From Mobula hypostoma (Eukaryota), in contig NC_086097.1 of the NCBI RefSeq assembly GCF_963921235.1, positions 122,762,001-122,826,000 of the forward strand: a DNA stretch of 64,000 nucleotides, given 5' to 3'. Position numbers and translations under genes: made by a program. Below the pieces are notes generated by a model. That model was not told the DNA's origin. It made no database searches and saw nothing but the letters and a program-made list of their open reading frames with translations. This document shows positions 1 to 11,199 of the stretch, in pieces (the first letter of the stretch is position 1; every line of letters starts with the position of its first letter).

Positions 1-29
1 TCTTGAGCAAGGTAAATAGGTTCTAACTT

Positions 30-470
30 CCCGATTTTTCTACCAAATTGGATGACCCCATGTTTCTTCACATTGCCTTCCATTTGATGCTGTAGCCTCT
101 CTACATCCTCCTTCCTACAGCCCACACTGTCGCCTAGCTCTGTATCATCACCAAAATCAATATTACACTTCATCATTTTATCCAAATAGTTAATATAATA
201 TAGCTTAACATCAGTCCTAGCAACAACCTTATGATTATTGCAGCTGACTTATTGTAAAGAATCCATTTATTCCTATTCTCCTTGTTCTATTCATTAACTA
301 CACCCCATTCAATAACAATATATTATTCTCAATACTTTGAGCTATGATTTTTTTAATGACCTCCCAGGTGGCAACTTACCACCTTTATCTATTCCGCAAG
401 TTACACCAGATCTATCAAATGATTACTCCTTCATAACTCCCTGTTGATTCCACCCAATCCTATCATAGTT
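30..470 (-). mobile_element. Highly decayed CR1-type LINE RT fragment
   Basis: Weak resemblance to the antisense RT region of better-preserved CR1 copies in this window (e.g. tgtatcatcaccaaaat, atccatttattcctattctc); no ORF. Confidence 0.35.
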
Positions 471-475
471 TAAAA

Positions 476-574
476 ACGCAAACATGAGGAAATCTGCAGA
501 TGCTGGAATTTCAAGCAACACACATAAAAATTGCTGGTGAATGCAGCAGGCCAGGCAGCATCTCTAGGAAGAGG
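476..574 (-). mobile_element. Penelope-like pseudo-LTR fragment
   Basis: aaatctgcagatgctgga...caacacaca...ggccaggcagcatct motif, shared with the copies at 16697, 18490, 24187, 44572 and 47037. Confidence 0.6.
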
Positions 575-1035
575 CCCTATTCTGGTCTCTGCATTACAGA
601 CAAGATGTCGAGGCTTTGGCAAGGGTGCAGAAGAGATTCACCAAGATACTTCCTGGATTGGAGAGTATTACAATGAGAGATTGGACATGTGAATATAGGA
701 GGCTGAAGAGTGGTGTCTTTCCTTTTGTTTAGCTTTCTCTTTTTTAAGAATGCCTTGGTCATCTTTTGCAGAACTCTGAAATTTTGCTAATACTCAAATT
801 CTTTATGCATTTTTGGCAATGGTATATGCCTTTTTTCCCCTGATTGTCTTTATTTTCTCTTTGGAGCCACTTTTCCTGATTTCTTTTGGCTTAAAGGGAT
901 GAACATACATTAAGAAACCTATATATCAATTCATTAAAAAATTGCCATTGCTCATTTACTGTCACAATCTCAATCTACTTAAACCCAATTTATGCTACAT
1001 GTCCTTGTAGTTTGCCTTATTCAGTTTAAAGACCC

Positions 1036-2175
1036 ATAAGATCATAAGATATAGGAGTAGAACTAGGCTGACCAAGTCTGTTCTGACAGTCATGACTGAC
1101 TTTTCTTTCCATCTCAACCCCGTTCTCTTGCCTTCTCCTCTAACCTTTGATGTCTTTACTAATCAAGAATCTATCTACTTTAAATATACCAAATGACATG
1201 GCTGTCTGTGGCAGTAAATTCCACAATTCACAATTCTCTGGCAAGAGAAATTCCTCCTCATCTCTGTTCTAAAAGGATGTGATTTTATTCAGAGTCTGTG
1301 CCCCCTGATCCTAGACTGTCCCACTACTGGAAACATTCTCTCCGCATCCTCTCCAACTGGATCTTTCAAAATTTAGTATGTTTCAATGAGATCCCCCTCA
1401 TTCTTCTAAACTCCAGTGAGCACAGGCCAGAGCCATCAAACACTCACTATACATTAACTGTTTGATCCCCAGATCATTCTTGTGAACTTCCTCTGGACCC
1501 TCTCTAATGTCAGCATGTCTTTACTTTCATATGGGGCCTAAAACTGCTCATAATACTCAAAATGTGGTCCGACCAATGCCTTATAAAGCCTAAGTATTAC
1601 ATCCTTGCTTTTGTATTTTAGTCAACCCAAAAAGAATGCTAACATTGCATTTGCCTTCCTCATTACCAACACAATCTGCAAGTTAACCTTTAGGGAATCC
1701 TACACTAGGACTCCTAAGTTTCTTTGTGCCTTTCAGTTTAGATTTCTCTCCCCATTTAGAAAATAGTCTACACTTATTCCTTCTATTAAAGTGCATACAC
1801 CTCCCTACTCAATATTTTATCTGCCGCTTCTTTACCCATTCTCCAAACCTGTGCAAGTGCTTCTGCAGACTCCTTGCTTCCTCCTACCTGCCTCTCTACC
1901 TATCTTTGTATCACCTGCAAACCTGGTCACAAAGACATCAATTCCATCATCCAGATCACTAGCATATAATATGAAAAGTAATGGACCCAATACTACCCAC
2001 TGGGGAAAACCACTAGTTCACTGGCAGCCAACCAGAAAAGGACCCCTTTATCCCCGTCTTTATCTTCTGCCAGTCAGCCAGTCTTCTGCCCATGCTAGTA
2101 TCTTTCCTGCCTTGTTTATCAGCATCATATGCAGCACCTTGTCAAAGATGTTCTGAGAATCCAAGATCCAACAGT
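1036..2175 (-). mobile_element. CR1 LINE 3' part (RT C-terminus, 3' UTR, tail), decayed
   Basis: Tail cataagatcataagat at the left end; antisense of RT/C-terminal CR1 sequence homologous to 5626-7067. Confidence 0.8.
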
Positions 2176-2199
2176 ATGCATTATGATCAGAGATGAAGG

Positions 2200-2592
2200 G
2201 AGCTAGGGCTTTACTCTTTGGAGAGAAGGAGGATGAGAGGAGACATGATAGAGGTATACAAGATATTAAGAGGAATAGATAGAGTGGACTGCCAGCGCCT
2301 CTTCCCCAGGGCACCACTGCTCAATACAAGGGGACATGGCTTTAAGGTAAGGGGTGGGAAGTTCAAGGGGGATATTAGAGGAAGGTTTTTTTTACTCAGA
2401 GAGTGGTTGGTGCGTGGAATGCACTGCTTGAATCGGTGGTGGAGGCAGATACATTAGTGAAATTTAAGAGACTACTAGATAGGTATATGGAGGAATTTAA
2501 GGTGGGGGGTTATATGGGAGGCAGGGTTTAAGGGTCGGCACAACATTGTGGGCCGAAGGGCCTGTATTGTGCTGTACTACTCTATGTTCTAT
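2200..2592 (+). mobile_element. CR1 LINE 3' end inserted into the preceding CR1
   Basis: ORF 2218-2457 ERRRMRGDMIEVYKILRGIDRVD...TRGHGFK is the CR1 ORF2 C-terminus; tail tctatgttctat. Confidence 0.8.
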
Positions 2593-2593
2593 A

Positions 2594-3065
2594 ACAACTT
2601 CCACTGACTTTCCTTTATCTATCCTGCCTGTTATATCATTGTCAGGCAAGATTTCTCCATGAGAAAACCATGCTGACTTTGGCCTCTTTCATCAGGTGCT
2701 TCCAAGTTTCCTAAAACCTCATCCTTAATAATTGTCTCTAAAATTCTACCAACTGGCCTATAATTACCTGTCTTTTGCCTCCTTCCCTTTCGAAAGAGTG
2801 GAGTGCTTGGGAGCCAAGAGTGATAGGGCTGAGGATGGGGTAGTTGGTATACAAGTTGGTGAGTCATGGCTGATAGAAGAATTCTTTGGAGCTTAAACGT
2901 TCAAGGATACACCTTGTATCTAAGGACAGATAGGTAGGCAGAGGGTATGGGATGGTTCTGTTGGTGAAAAAATGAAATCAAATCCTTAGAAAGAGGTGAT
3001 AGAGGATCAGAAGATGTAGAATCCTTGTGGGTGGAGTTAGGAAACTGCAAGAATAAAAGAAAACC
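2594..3065. mobile_element. CR1 fragments: minus-strand RT (~2594-2810) joined to plus-strand endonuclease piece (~2820-3062)
   Basis: Minus ORF PLFRKGRRQKTGNYRPV...SQHGFL..KSCLT; plus strand encodes EDVESLWVELGNCK. Confidence 0.6.
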
Positions 3066-3082
3066 TCCAAGAAGACCATAAC

Positions 3083-3365
3083 CACGTTGTGGTTTGGAGG
3101 CTTGCATGCCTCAATGACCTGGACAGCTATGTTGACTGGAGTCAGGGCCTTATGCTTTGGCTCTTGGTATGGTCACTCTTGCCAAATAGGTCAAAGGGTA
3201 GAGCCCAGACCAAGAGTGGTCCACTCCTAGTCCAGGTATAAGGTTTCAGCTCAGAGCCTAACAATCCTGACCAGTCAAACAAAACTGTTAGGGAAACAGC
3301 AATGAAGAATCTTTCTACATCTGCGTGCGACAGTATTCCTGATTCTCCACCTGGGACTTGCATGT
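3083..3365 (+). mobile_element. Interspersed non-coding repeat, possibly the 5' region of an RTE-clade element
   Basis: gcttgcatgcctcaatgacc...aaaactgttagggaaac resembles RTE 5' UTRs as recalled; not verified. Confidence 0.3.
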
Positions 3366-3369
3366 ACTC

Positions 3370-4430
3370 TCATGCCTCAGTTGTTAACTTTCCTCAACTG
3401 TAATAGCAATACATCTGATTTTACCTTCTCTAACTGCAGGCCAAATTCTATCATACTAGAATCACTGACTCCTAATGGTTCCTTTACCTTCAGCTCCATA
3501 ATCAAGCCTGGTTCATTACACAATACCAAATCCAGAATTGCCTTTTCTTTAGTGGGATCAGCCACAAGCTGCTGTAAAAAGCCATCTCATAGGCATTCTA
3601 CAAACTCCTTCTCTTGGGATCCAGTCCCAACCTAATTTTCGCAATCTATCTGCTCATTGAAATCTCCCGTGACCATCGTAACACTGCCCTTTTTACATAT
3701 CTCTTCTATCTGTTGTACTTTGTACCCTACATCCTGGTTACTGTTCAGCAGCCTACATATAACCCCCATCGGGATCTTTATCCCCTTGTAGTTTCTTAAC
3801 TCTATGCACAAGGATTCTACATCTCCTAATCCTATGTCACTTCTTGCTAAAAATTTGATTTCATTTTTTACAAACAGACCTACCCCACCCCCCTCAGCCC
3901 ACCTGTTTGTCTTTTCGATACAATGTGTGCCCTTGCATACTTAGGACCTGGCATTTGACCTTCTTTCAAACACAACTCTGTGATGCCCACAACACTTAAC
4001 CTACCAATCTCTAACTGTGCTGTGAGCTCCACTACCTTGTTTCATATATATCACACACATTCAAATATAACACCTTCAACCCTGTGCTCACCACCTCTCT
4101 TCTCTAATTTCTCTCCACGTTGCCTGAAACTAGATTCCTATCTTTTTCTAAACTTTCTGTCTTATTTTCCTTTTATTCTGAAGACTTTCCTAACCTCTCC
4201 AGCACTCTTTTTTTCCTTTCATTTTATGCATACTTTTTCCAATCTGTTGAACATACCATCCCCTTCATTGTTTAGTTCATGCACAGCTCTTGTTAGGTCA
4301 TTGGCCATGACCCTGGTCCCAGCATGGTTGAGGAGGAACCCAGAGCATCTGAATACCTCCTTCCTTGCCTGATACTGGTGTTAATGTCCCATAAGTTTAA
4401 GCCCACTTCTCCCACACCAGTCTCCTGTAT
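3370..4430 (-). mobile_element. CR1 LINE endonuclease domain and ORF1 end, decayed
   Basis: ORF 3377-3565 DPTKEKAILDLVLCNEPGLI...PLGVSDSSMIEF is an APE motif; homologous to the endonuclease region of 53188-56219. Confidence 0.65.
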
Positions 4431-4696
4431 TTCAGACTGAGCAAATATAATTTCAACTTTTATAATAACTTCTTTCATATTATGTTCTCTGAAGTTTCCT
4501 TGACTATCAATTAACCAATTATCATTAACAATAATGGCTCTGAAATAGCCTGGTTGCTCACTGGTTCATTTCACATACTGATCAGGAACCATTGATTATA
4601 CTGATCATGAATTCATAGTCATTGCTACATGGTTAATTTAATTTTGCCAGAATATATATAGCTTATAGAACTGGAGGTCATAGAGGCCATTGAGCA

Positions 4697-4955
4697 GGAC
4701 GGTAGCATAAAAGGTTAGCACAGCGCTTTACAGTACCAGCGACCCGGGTTCAATTCCACTGCTGCCAGTAAGGAATTTGTACATTCTCCCCATGACGATG
4801 CGGGTTTCCTCCAGGTGATGCAGTTTCCTCCTACAGTCCACAGACGTACCAGCTGGCAGGATAATTTATCCTTATAAATTGCCCCTTGAATGGGCTAGGA
4901 TTAAATTTAGGAGACTGTTGGGCAATATGGCTCAAAAGGCCAGAAGGGCCTTTTC
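4697..4955 (+). mobile_element. V-SINE (HE1-like, tRNA-derived)
   Basis: B-box-like gggttcaattcc; V-domain tgtacattctcccc...gggtttcctcc...tttcctcctaca. Confidence 0.7.
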
Positions 4956-5625
4956 TTCAATTACAATAATTAATTAATTAAAAGTGAATGGTGAATATCT
5001 GAGGGGGATCTTTTTCATCCAGAGTGTGAAGCGAGCTGCCCGTAGAAGTGTTGGATGCAGGTTCAATTTCAACGTTTAACAGAAGTTTGGATAAGTTCCT
5101 GGATAAGTGGGGCATGCAGGGCTGTGGTTCAAGCACGGATCAATGAGACAAGGCAGAACAAAAGTTTGGGATACATTAGATGGGTTGAATGGTCTCTTTC
5201 TAGGCTGTAGTGCTTTACCATTCTATGAGTCTGTTGTTTGTCTAATGCAGCATGCACTCCACTTCTCTGCTCTAAGCCCTTGTATTTAGTATTTGTGGGA
5301 CTTCATATATTTTCACATCAATATTTTTAGGCCCTTCCTATTTCTGAATTCCATCCAGACTGATCCTACTTCTTGATCTAAGATCCTCCATCTCTATTAT
5401 CTATACCTCACTCTTAAAATTAGAATTTTCCATATTGCATATCTCATTCAAATGTTAAGTATCCTAGAATATCTCATTCCCAAAGATGGTCATATTGCCA
5501 CCATCTCCATAATAGACATTGGATTATAAACACAATGAACAACGATTTCTCGAAATTCTAGTATTTTCTCCTCCCCCTCTTTTCCCATTCCCCATTCTGT
5601 CTTCCCAATTATCCCAACTCTTCTC

Positions 5626-6975
5626 CCACTTTTTAAAAAAGGAGGGAGAGAGAAACCGGGGAATTATAGACCGGTTAGCCTAACGTCGGGGGTGGGGAAA
5701 CTGCTGGAGTCAGTTATCAAGGATGTGATAACAGCACATTTGGAAAGCGGTGAAATGATCGGACAAAGTCAGCATGGATTTGTGAAAGGAAAATCATGTC
5801 TGACGAATCTCATAGAATTTTTTGAGGATGTAACTAGTAGAGTGGATAGGGGAGAACCAGTGGATGTGGTATATTTGGATTTTCAAAAGGCTTTTGACAA
5901 GGTCCCACACAGGAGATTAGTGTGCAAACTTAAAGCACATGGTATTAGGGGTAAGGTATTGGTGTGGGTGGAGAATTGGTTAGCAGACAGGAAGCAAAGA
6001 GTGGGAATAAACGGGACTTTTTCAGAATGGCAGGCGGTGTCTAGTGGGGTACCGCAAGGCTCAGTGCTGGGACCCCAGTTGTTTACAATATATATTAATG
6101 ACTTGGATGAGGGAATTAAATGCAGCATCTCCAAGTTTGCGGATGACACGAAGCTGGGTGGCAGTGTTAGCAGTGAGGAGGATGCTAAGAGGATGCAGGG
6201 TGACTTGGATAGGTTGGGTGAGTGGGCAAATTCATGGCAGATGCAATTTAATGTGGATAAATGTGAAGTTATCCACTTTGGTGGCAAAAATAGGAAAACA
6301 GATTATTATCTGAATGGTGGCCGATTAGGAAAAGGGGAGGTGCAACGAGACCTGGGTGTCATTATACACCAGTCATTGAAAGTGGGCATGCAGGTACAGC
6401 AGGCGGTGAAAAAGGCGAATGGTATGCTGGCATTTATAGCGAGAGGATTCGAGTACAGGAGCAGGGAGGTACTACTGCAGTTGTACAAGGCCTTGGTGAG
6501 ACCACACCTGGAGTATTGTGTGCAGTTTTGGTCCCCTAATCTGAGGAAAGACATCTTTGCCATAGAGGGAGTACAAAGAAGGTTCACCAGATTGATTCCT
6601 GGGATGGCAGGACTTTCATATGAAGAAAGACTGGATGAATTGGGCTTGTACTCGTTGGAATTCAGAAGATTGAGGGGAGATCTGATTGAAACGTATAAGA
6701 TCCTAAAGGGATTGGACAGGCTAGATGCAGGAAGATTGTTCCCGATGTTGGGGAGGTCCAGAACGAGGGGTCACAGTTTGAGGATAGAGGGGAAGCCTTT
6801 TAGGACCGAGATTAGGAAAAACTTCTTCACACAGAGAGTGGTGAATCTGTGGAATTCTCTGCCACAGGAAACTGTTGAGGCCAGTTCATTGGCTATATTT
6901 AAGAGGGAGTTAGATATGGCCCTTGTGGCTACGGGAGTCAGGGGGTATGGAGGGAAGGCTGGGGCGGGGTTCTGA
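5626..6975 (+). CDS. 5'-truncated CR1 ORF2: uninterrupted RT domain and C-terminus
   Basis: Open frame from PLFKKG through YLDFQKAFDKV, GVPQGSVLGP, FADD, RPHLEYC and RLRGDLIETYKI to the stop; no genuine start codon. Confidence 0.85.
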   Translation, partial: PLFKKGGREKPGNYRPVSLTSGVGKLLESVIKDVITAHLESGEMIGQSQHGFVKGKSCLTNLIEFFEDVTSRVDRGEPVDVVYLDFQKAFDKVPHRRLVCKLKAHGIRGKVLVWVENWLADRKQRVGINGTFSEWQAVSSGVPQGSVLGPQLFTIYINDLDEGIKCSISKFADDTKLGGSVSSEEDAKRMQGDLDRLGEWANSWQMQFNVDKCEVIHFGGKNRKTDYYLNGGRLGKGEVQRDLGVIIHQSLKVGMQVQQAVKKANGMLAFIARGFEYRSREVLLQLYKALVRPHLEYCVQFWSPNLRKDIFAIEGVQRRFTRLIPGMAGLSYEERLDELGLYSLEFRRLRGDLIETYKILKGLDRLDAGRLFPMLGRSRTRGHSLRIEGKPFRTEIRKNFFTQRVVNLWNSLPQETVEASSLAIFKRELDMALVATGVRGYGGKAGAGF

Positions 6976-7067
6976 GTTGGATGATCAGCCATGATCATAA
7001 TAAATGGCGGTGCAGGCTCGAAGGGCCGAATGGCCTACTCCTGCACCTATTTTCTATGTTTCTATGT
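5626..7067 (+). mobile_element. Young 5'-truncated CR1 LINE (subfamily A)
   Basis: Near-identical to 54871-56317; (tttctatg)n tail; flanked by TTCTC at 5621-5625 and 7068-7072. Confidence 0.95.
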
Positions 7068-7172
7068 TTCTCACCTGCCCATCACCTCCCTCTGGTGCAC
7101 CTCCTCCTTCCCTTTCTCACCTCGTCCACTCTTCTCTCCTGTCCGATTCCCTCTTCAGCCCTTTACCTTTTC

Positions 7173-10100
7173 CACCTATCACCTTCCAGCTTCCCACTTC
7201 ATCCCCCCCGTCCACCCACTTCCCCCTCAGCATCTTCACCTATCACCTGCCAGCTTCTCACTTCCTCCTCCCCTCCTCCACCCACCCACCTCCCCCCACA
7301 GCATCTTCACCTATCACCTTCCAGCTTCCCACTTCATCCCCCCCGTCCACCCACCTCTCCCTCAGCATCTTCACCTATCACCTTCCAGCTTCTCGCTTCA
7401 TCCCCCCTCCTCCATCCACCCACCTCCCCCTCAGCATCTTCACCTATCACCTTCCAGCTTCCCACTTCATTCCCCCTCCTCCATCCACCCACCTCCCCCT
7501 CAGAATCTTCACCTATCACCTTCCAGCTTCCCACTTCATCCCCCCTCCTCCATCCACCCACCTCTCCCTCAGCATCTTCACCTATCACCTTCCAGCTTCC
7601 CACTTCACTCCCCCTCCTCCATCCACCCACCTCCCCCTCAGCATCTTCATCTAACACCTTCCAGCTTCTCACTTCATCCCCCCTCCTCCATCCACCCACC
7701 TCCCCCTCAGAATCTTCACCTATCACCTTCCAGCTTCCCACTTCATCCCCCCTCCTCCATCCACCCACCTCTCCCTCAGCATCTTCACCTATCACCTTCC
7801 AGCTTCCCACTTCACTCCCCCTCCTCCATCCACCCACCTCCCCCTCAGCATCTTCATCTAACACCTTCCAGCTTCTCACTTCATCCCCCCTCCTCCATCC
7901 ACCCACCTCCCCCTCAGAATCTTCACCTATCACCTTGCAGCTTCCCACTTCATCCCCCCTCCTCCATCCACCCACCTCCCCATCAGAATCTTCACCTATC
8001 ACCTTCCAGCTTCTCACTTCATTCCCCCTTCTCCATCCACCCACCTCCCCCTCAGCATCTTCACCTATCACCTTCCAGCTTCTCACTTCATCCCCCCTCC
8101 TCCACCCACCCACTTCCCCCTCAGCATCTTCACCTATCACCTTCCAGCTTCTCACTTCATCCCCCCTCCTCCACCCACCCACCTCCCCCTCAGAATCTTC
8201 ACCTATCACCTTCCAGCTTCTCACTTCATCCCCCCTCCTCCATCCACCCACCTCCCCCCTCAGCATCTTCACCTATCACCTTCCAGCTTCTCACTTCATC
8301 CCCCCCACCCACCTCCCCCTCAGCATCTTCACCTATCACCTTCCAGCTTCTCACTTCATCCCCCCCTCCTCCATCCACCCACCACCCCCCTCAGAATCTT
8401 CACCTATCACCTTCCAGCTTCTCACTTCATCCCCCCTCCTCCACCCACCCACCTCCCACCTCAGCATCTTCACCTATCACCTTCCAGCTTCTCACTTCAT
8501 TCCCCCTCCTCCACCTACCCACCTCCCCCCTCAGCATCTTCACCTATCACCTTCCAGCTTCTCACTTCATCCCCTCCTCCATCCACCCACCTCCCCCTCA
8601 GCATCTTCACCTATCACCTTCCAGCTTCCCACTTCATCCCCCCATCCACCTCCCCCTCAGCATCTTCACCTATCACCTTCCAGCTTCTCACTTCATCCCC
8701 CTCCTCCATCCACCCACCTCCCCCTCAGAATCTTCACCTATCACCTTCCAGCTTCTCACTTCATTCCCCCTTCTCCATCCACCCACCTCCCCCTCAGAAT
8801 CTTCACCTATCACCTTCCAGCTTCTCACTTCATCCCCCCCACCCACCTCCCCCTCAGCATCTTCACCTATCACCTTCCAGCTTCTCACTTCATCCCCCCT
8901 CCTCCATCCACCCACCTCCCCCCTTAGAATTTTCACCTATCACCTTCCAGCTTCTCACTTCATCCCCCCTCCTCGACCCACCCACCTCCCACCTCAGCAT
9001 CTTCACCTATCACCTTCCAGCTTCTCACTTCATCCCCCCTCCTCCATCCACCCACCTCCCTCCTCAGCATCTTCACCTATCACCTTCCAGCTTCTCACTT
9101 CATCCCCCCCCACCCACCTCCCCCTCAGAATCTTCACCTATCACCTTCCAGCTTCCCACTTCATCCCCCCTCCTCCATCCACCCACCTCTCCCTCAGCAT
9201 CTTCACCTATCACCTTCCAGCTTCCCACTTCACTCCCCCTCCTCCATCCACCCACCTCCCCCTCAGCATCTTCATCTAACACCTTCCAGCTTCTCACTTC
9301 ATCCCCCCTCCTCCATCCACCCACCTCCCCCTCAGAATCTTCACCTATCACCTTCCAGCTTCCCACTTCATCCCCCCTCCTCCATCCACCCACCTCTCCC
9401 TCAGCATCTTCACCTATCACCTTCCAGCTTCCCACTTCACTCCCCCTCCTCCATCCACCCACCTCCCCCTCAGCATCTTCATCTAACACCTTCCAGCTTC
9501 TCACTTCATCCCCCCTCCTCCATCCACCCACCTCCCCCTCAGAATCTTCACCTATCACCTTGCAGCTTCCCACTTCATCCCCCCTCCTCCATCCACCCAC
9601 CTCCCCATCAGAATCTTCACCTATCACCTTCCAGCTTCTCACTTCATTCCCCCTTCTCCATCCACCCACCTCCCCCTCAGCATCTTCACCTATCACCTTC
9701 CAGCTTCTCACTTCATCCCCCCTCCTCCACCCACCCACTTCCCCCTCAGCATCTTCACCTATCACCTTCCAGCTTCTCACTTCATCCCCCCTCCTCCACC
9801 CACCCACCTCCCCCTCAGAATCTTCACCTATCACCTTCCAGCTTCTCACTTCATCCCCCCTCCTCCATCCACCCACCTCCCCCCTCAGCATCTTCACCTA
9901 TCACCTTCCAGCTTCTCACTTCATCCCCCCCACCCACCTCCCCCTCAGCATCTTCACCTATCACCTTCCAGCTTCTCACTTCATCCCCCCCTCCTCCATC
10001 CACCCACCACCCCCCTCAGAATCTTCACCTATCACCTTCCAGCTTCTCACTTCATCCCCCCTCCTCCACCCACCCACCTCCCACCTCAGCATCTTCACCT

Positions 10101-10980
10101 ATCACCTTCCAGCTTCTCACTTCATTCCCCCTCCTCCACCTACCCACCTCCCCCCTCAGCATCTTCACCTATCACCTTCCAGCTTCTCACTTCATCCCCT
10201 CCTCCATCCACCCACCTCCCCCTCAGCATCTTCACCTATCACCTTCCAGCTTCCCACTTCATCCCCCCATCCACCTCCCCCTCAGCATCTTCACCTATCA
10301 CCTTCCAGCTTCTCACTTCATCCCCCTCCTCCATCCACCCACCTCCCCCTCAGAATCTTCACCTATCACCTTCCAGCTTCTCACTTCATTCCCCCTTCTC
10401 CATCCACCCACCTCCCCCTCAGAATCTTCACCTATCACCTTCCAGCTTCTCACTTCATCCCCCCCACCCACCTCCCCCTCAGCATCTTCACCTATCACCT
10501 TCCAGCTTCTCACTTCATCCCCCCTCCTCCATCCACCCACCTCCCCCCTTAGAATTTTCACCTATCACCTTCCAGCTTCTCACTTCATCCCCCCTCCTAC
10601 ACCCACCCACCACCCACCTCAGCATCTTCACCTATCACCTTCCAGCTTCTCACTTCATCCCCCCTCCTCCATCCACCCACCTCCCTCCTCAGCATCTTCA
10701 CCTATCACCTTCCAGCTTCTCACTTCATCCCCCCCACCCACCTCCCCCTCAGCATCTTCACCTATCACCTTCCAGCTTCTCACTTCATCCCTCCCTCCTC
10801 CATCCACCCACCTCCCCCCTCAGAATCTTCACCTATCACCTTCCAGCTTCTCACTTCATCCCCCCTCCTCCACCCACCCACCTCCCCCTCAGCATCTTCA
10901 CCTATCACCTTCCAGCTTCTCACTTCATCCCCCCCCCCACCCACCTCCCCCTCAGCATCACGTATCACCTGCCAGCTTGC
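7173..10980 (+). repeat. C-rich minisatellite, 69-bp unit (some ~60-bp variants), roughly 55 copies
   Basis: Unit cagcatcttcacctatcaccttccagcttctcacttcatcccccctcctccatccacccacctccccct; starts at 7501 and 7570 give period 69; 23-aa periodicity in the ORF track. Confidence 0.97.
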
Positions 10981-11199
10981 ACTCCATCCCCTCTCCCCAT
11001 CTTTTTTTCCTGGCTTCTTCCTCCTTCCTTTACTGTCCTTGTGAAGGGTCTTGGCTCAAAGCTTCAACTGTTTTATTCCTCTCCATAGCTGCTGCCTGAC
11101 CTTCTGAGCTCCTGCAGCTTTTTATGTATGTTGCCTTGACCTCTACTTCCTTTTAACCAGACCAGAGCCCTGTTTTTCACAGCCCACATTCCTCTTTTT

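Larger units (their letters stand above)
5530..11140 (+). mobile_element. Penelope-like element 3' end/pseudo-LTR, split by a CR1 insertion and expanded by a minisatellite
   Basis: 5530-5625, 7068-7200 and 10960-11140 together are colinear with the uninterrupted antisense copy at 44572-44970; decayed hammerhead (cttgtgaagggtcttggctcaaag) near 11038-11061. Confidence 0.7.

Noticed and set aside
6981..10968. Long Pro/Ser/His-rich and Gly/Glu-rich ORFs (up to 762 aa)
   Set aside because: By-products of a stop-poor 69-bp (23-codon) repeat that is open in several frames on both strands; the plus-strand ones start in a CR1 3' UTR.
7173..10980. CRISPR-like array
   Set aside because: No unique spacers, no cas genes, eukaryotic context.
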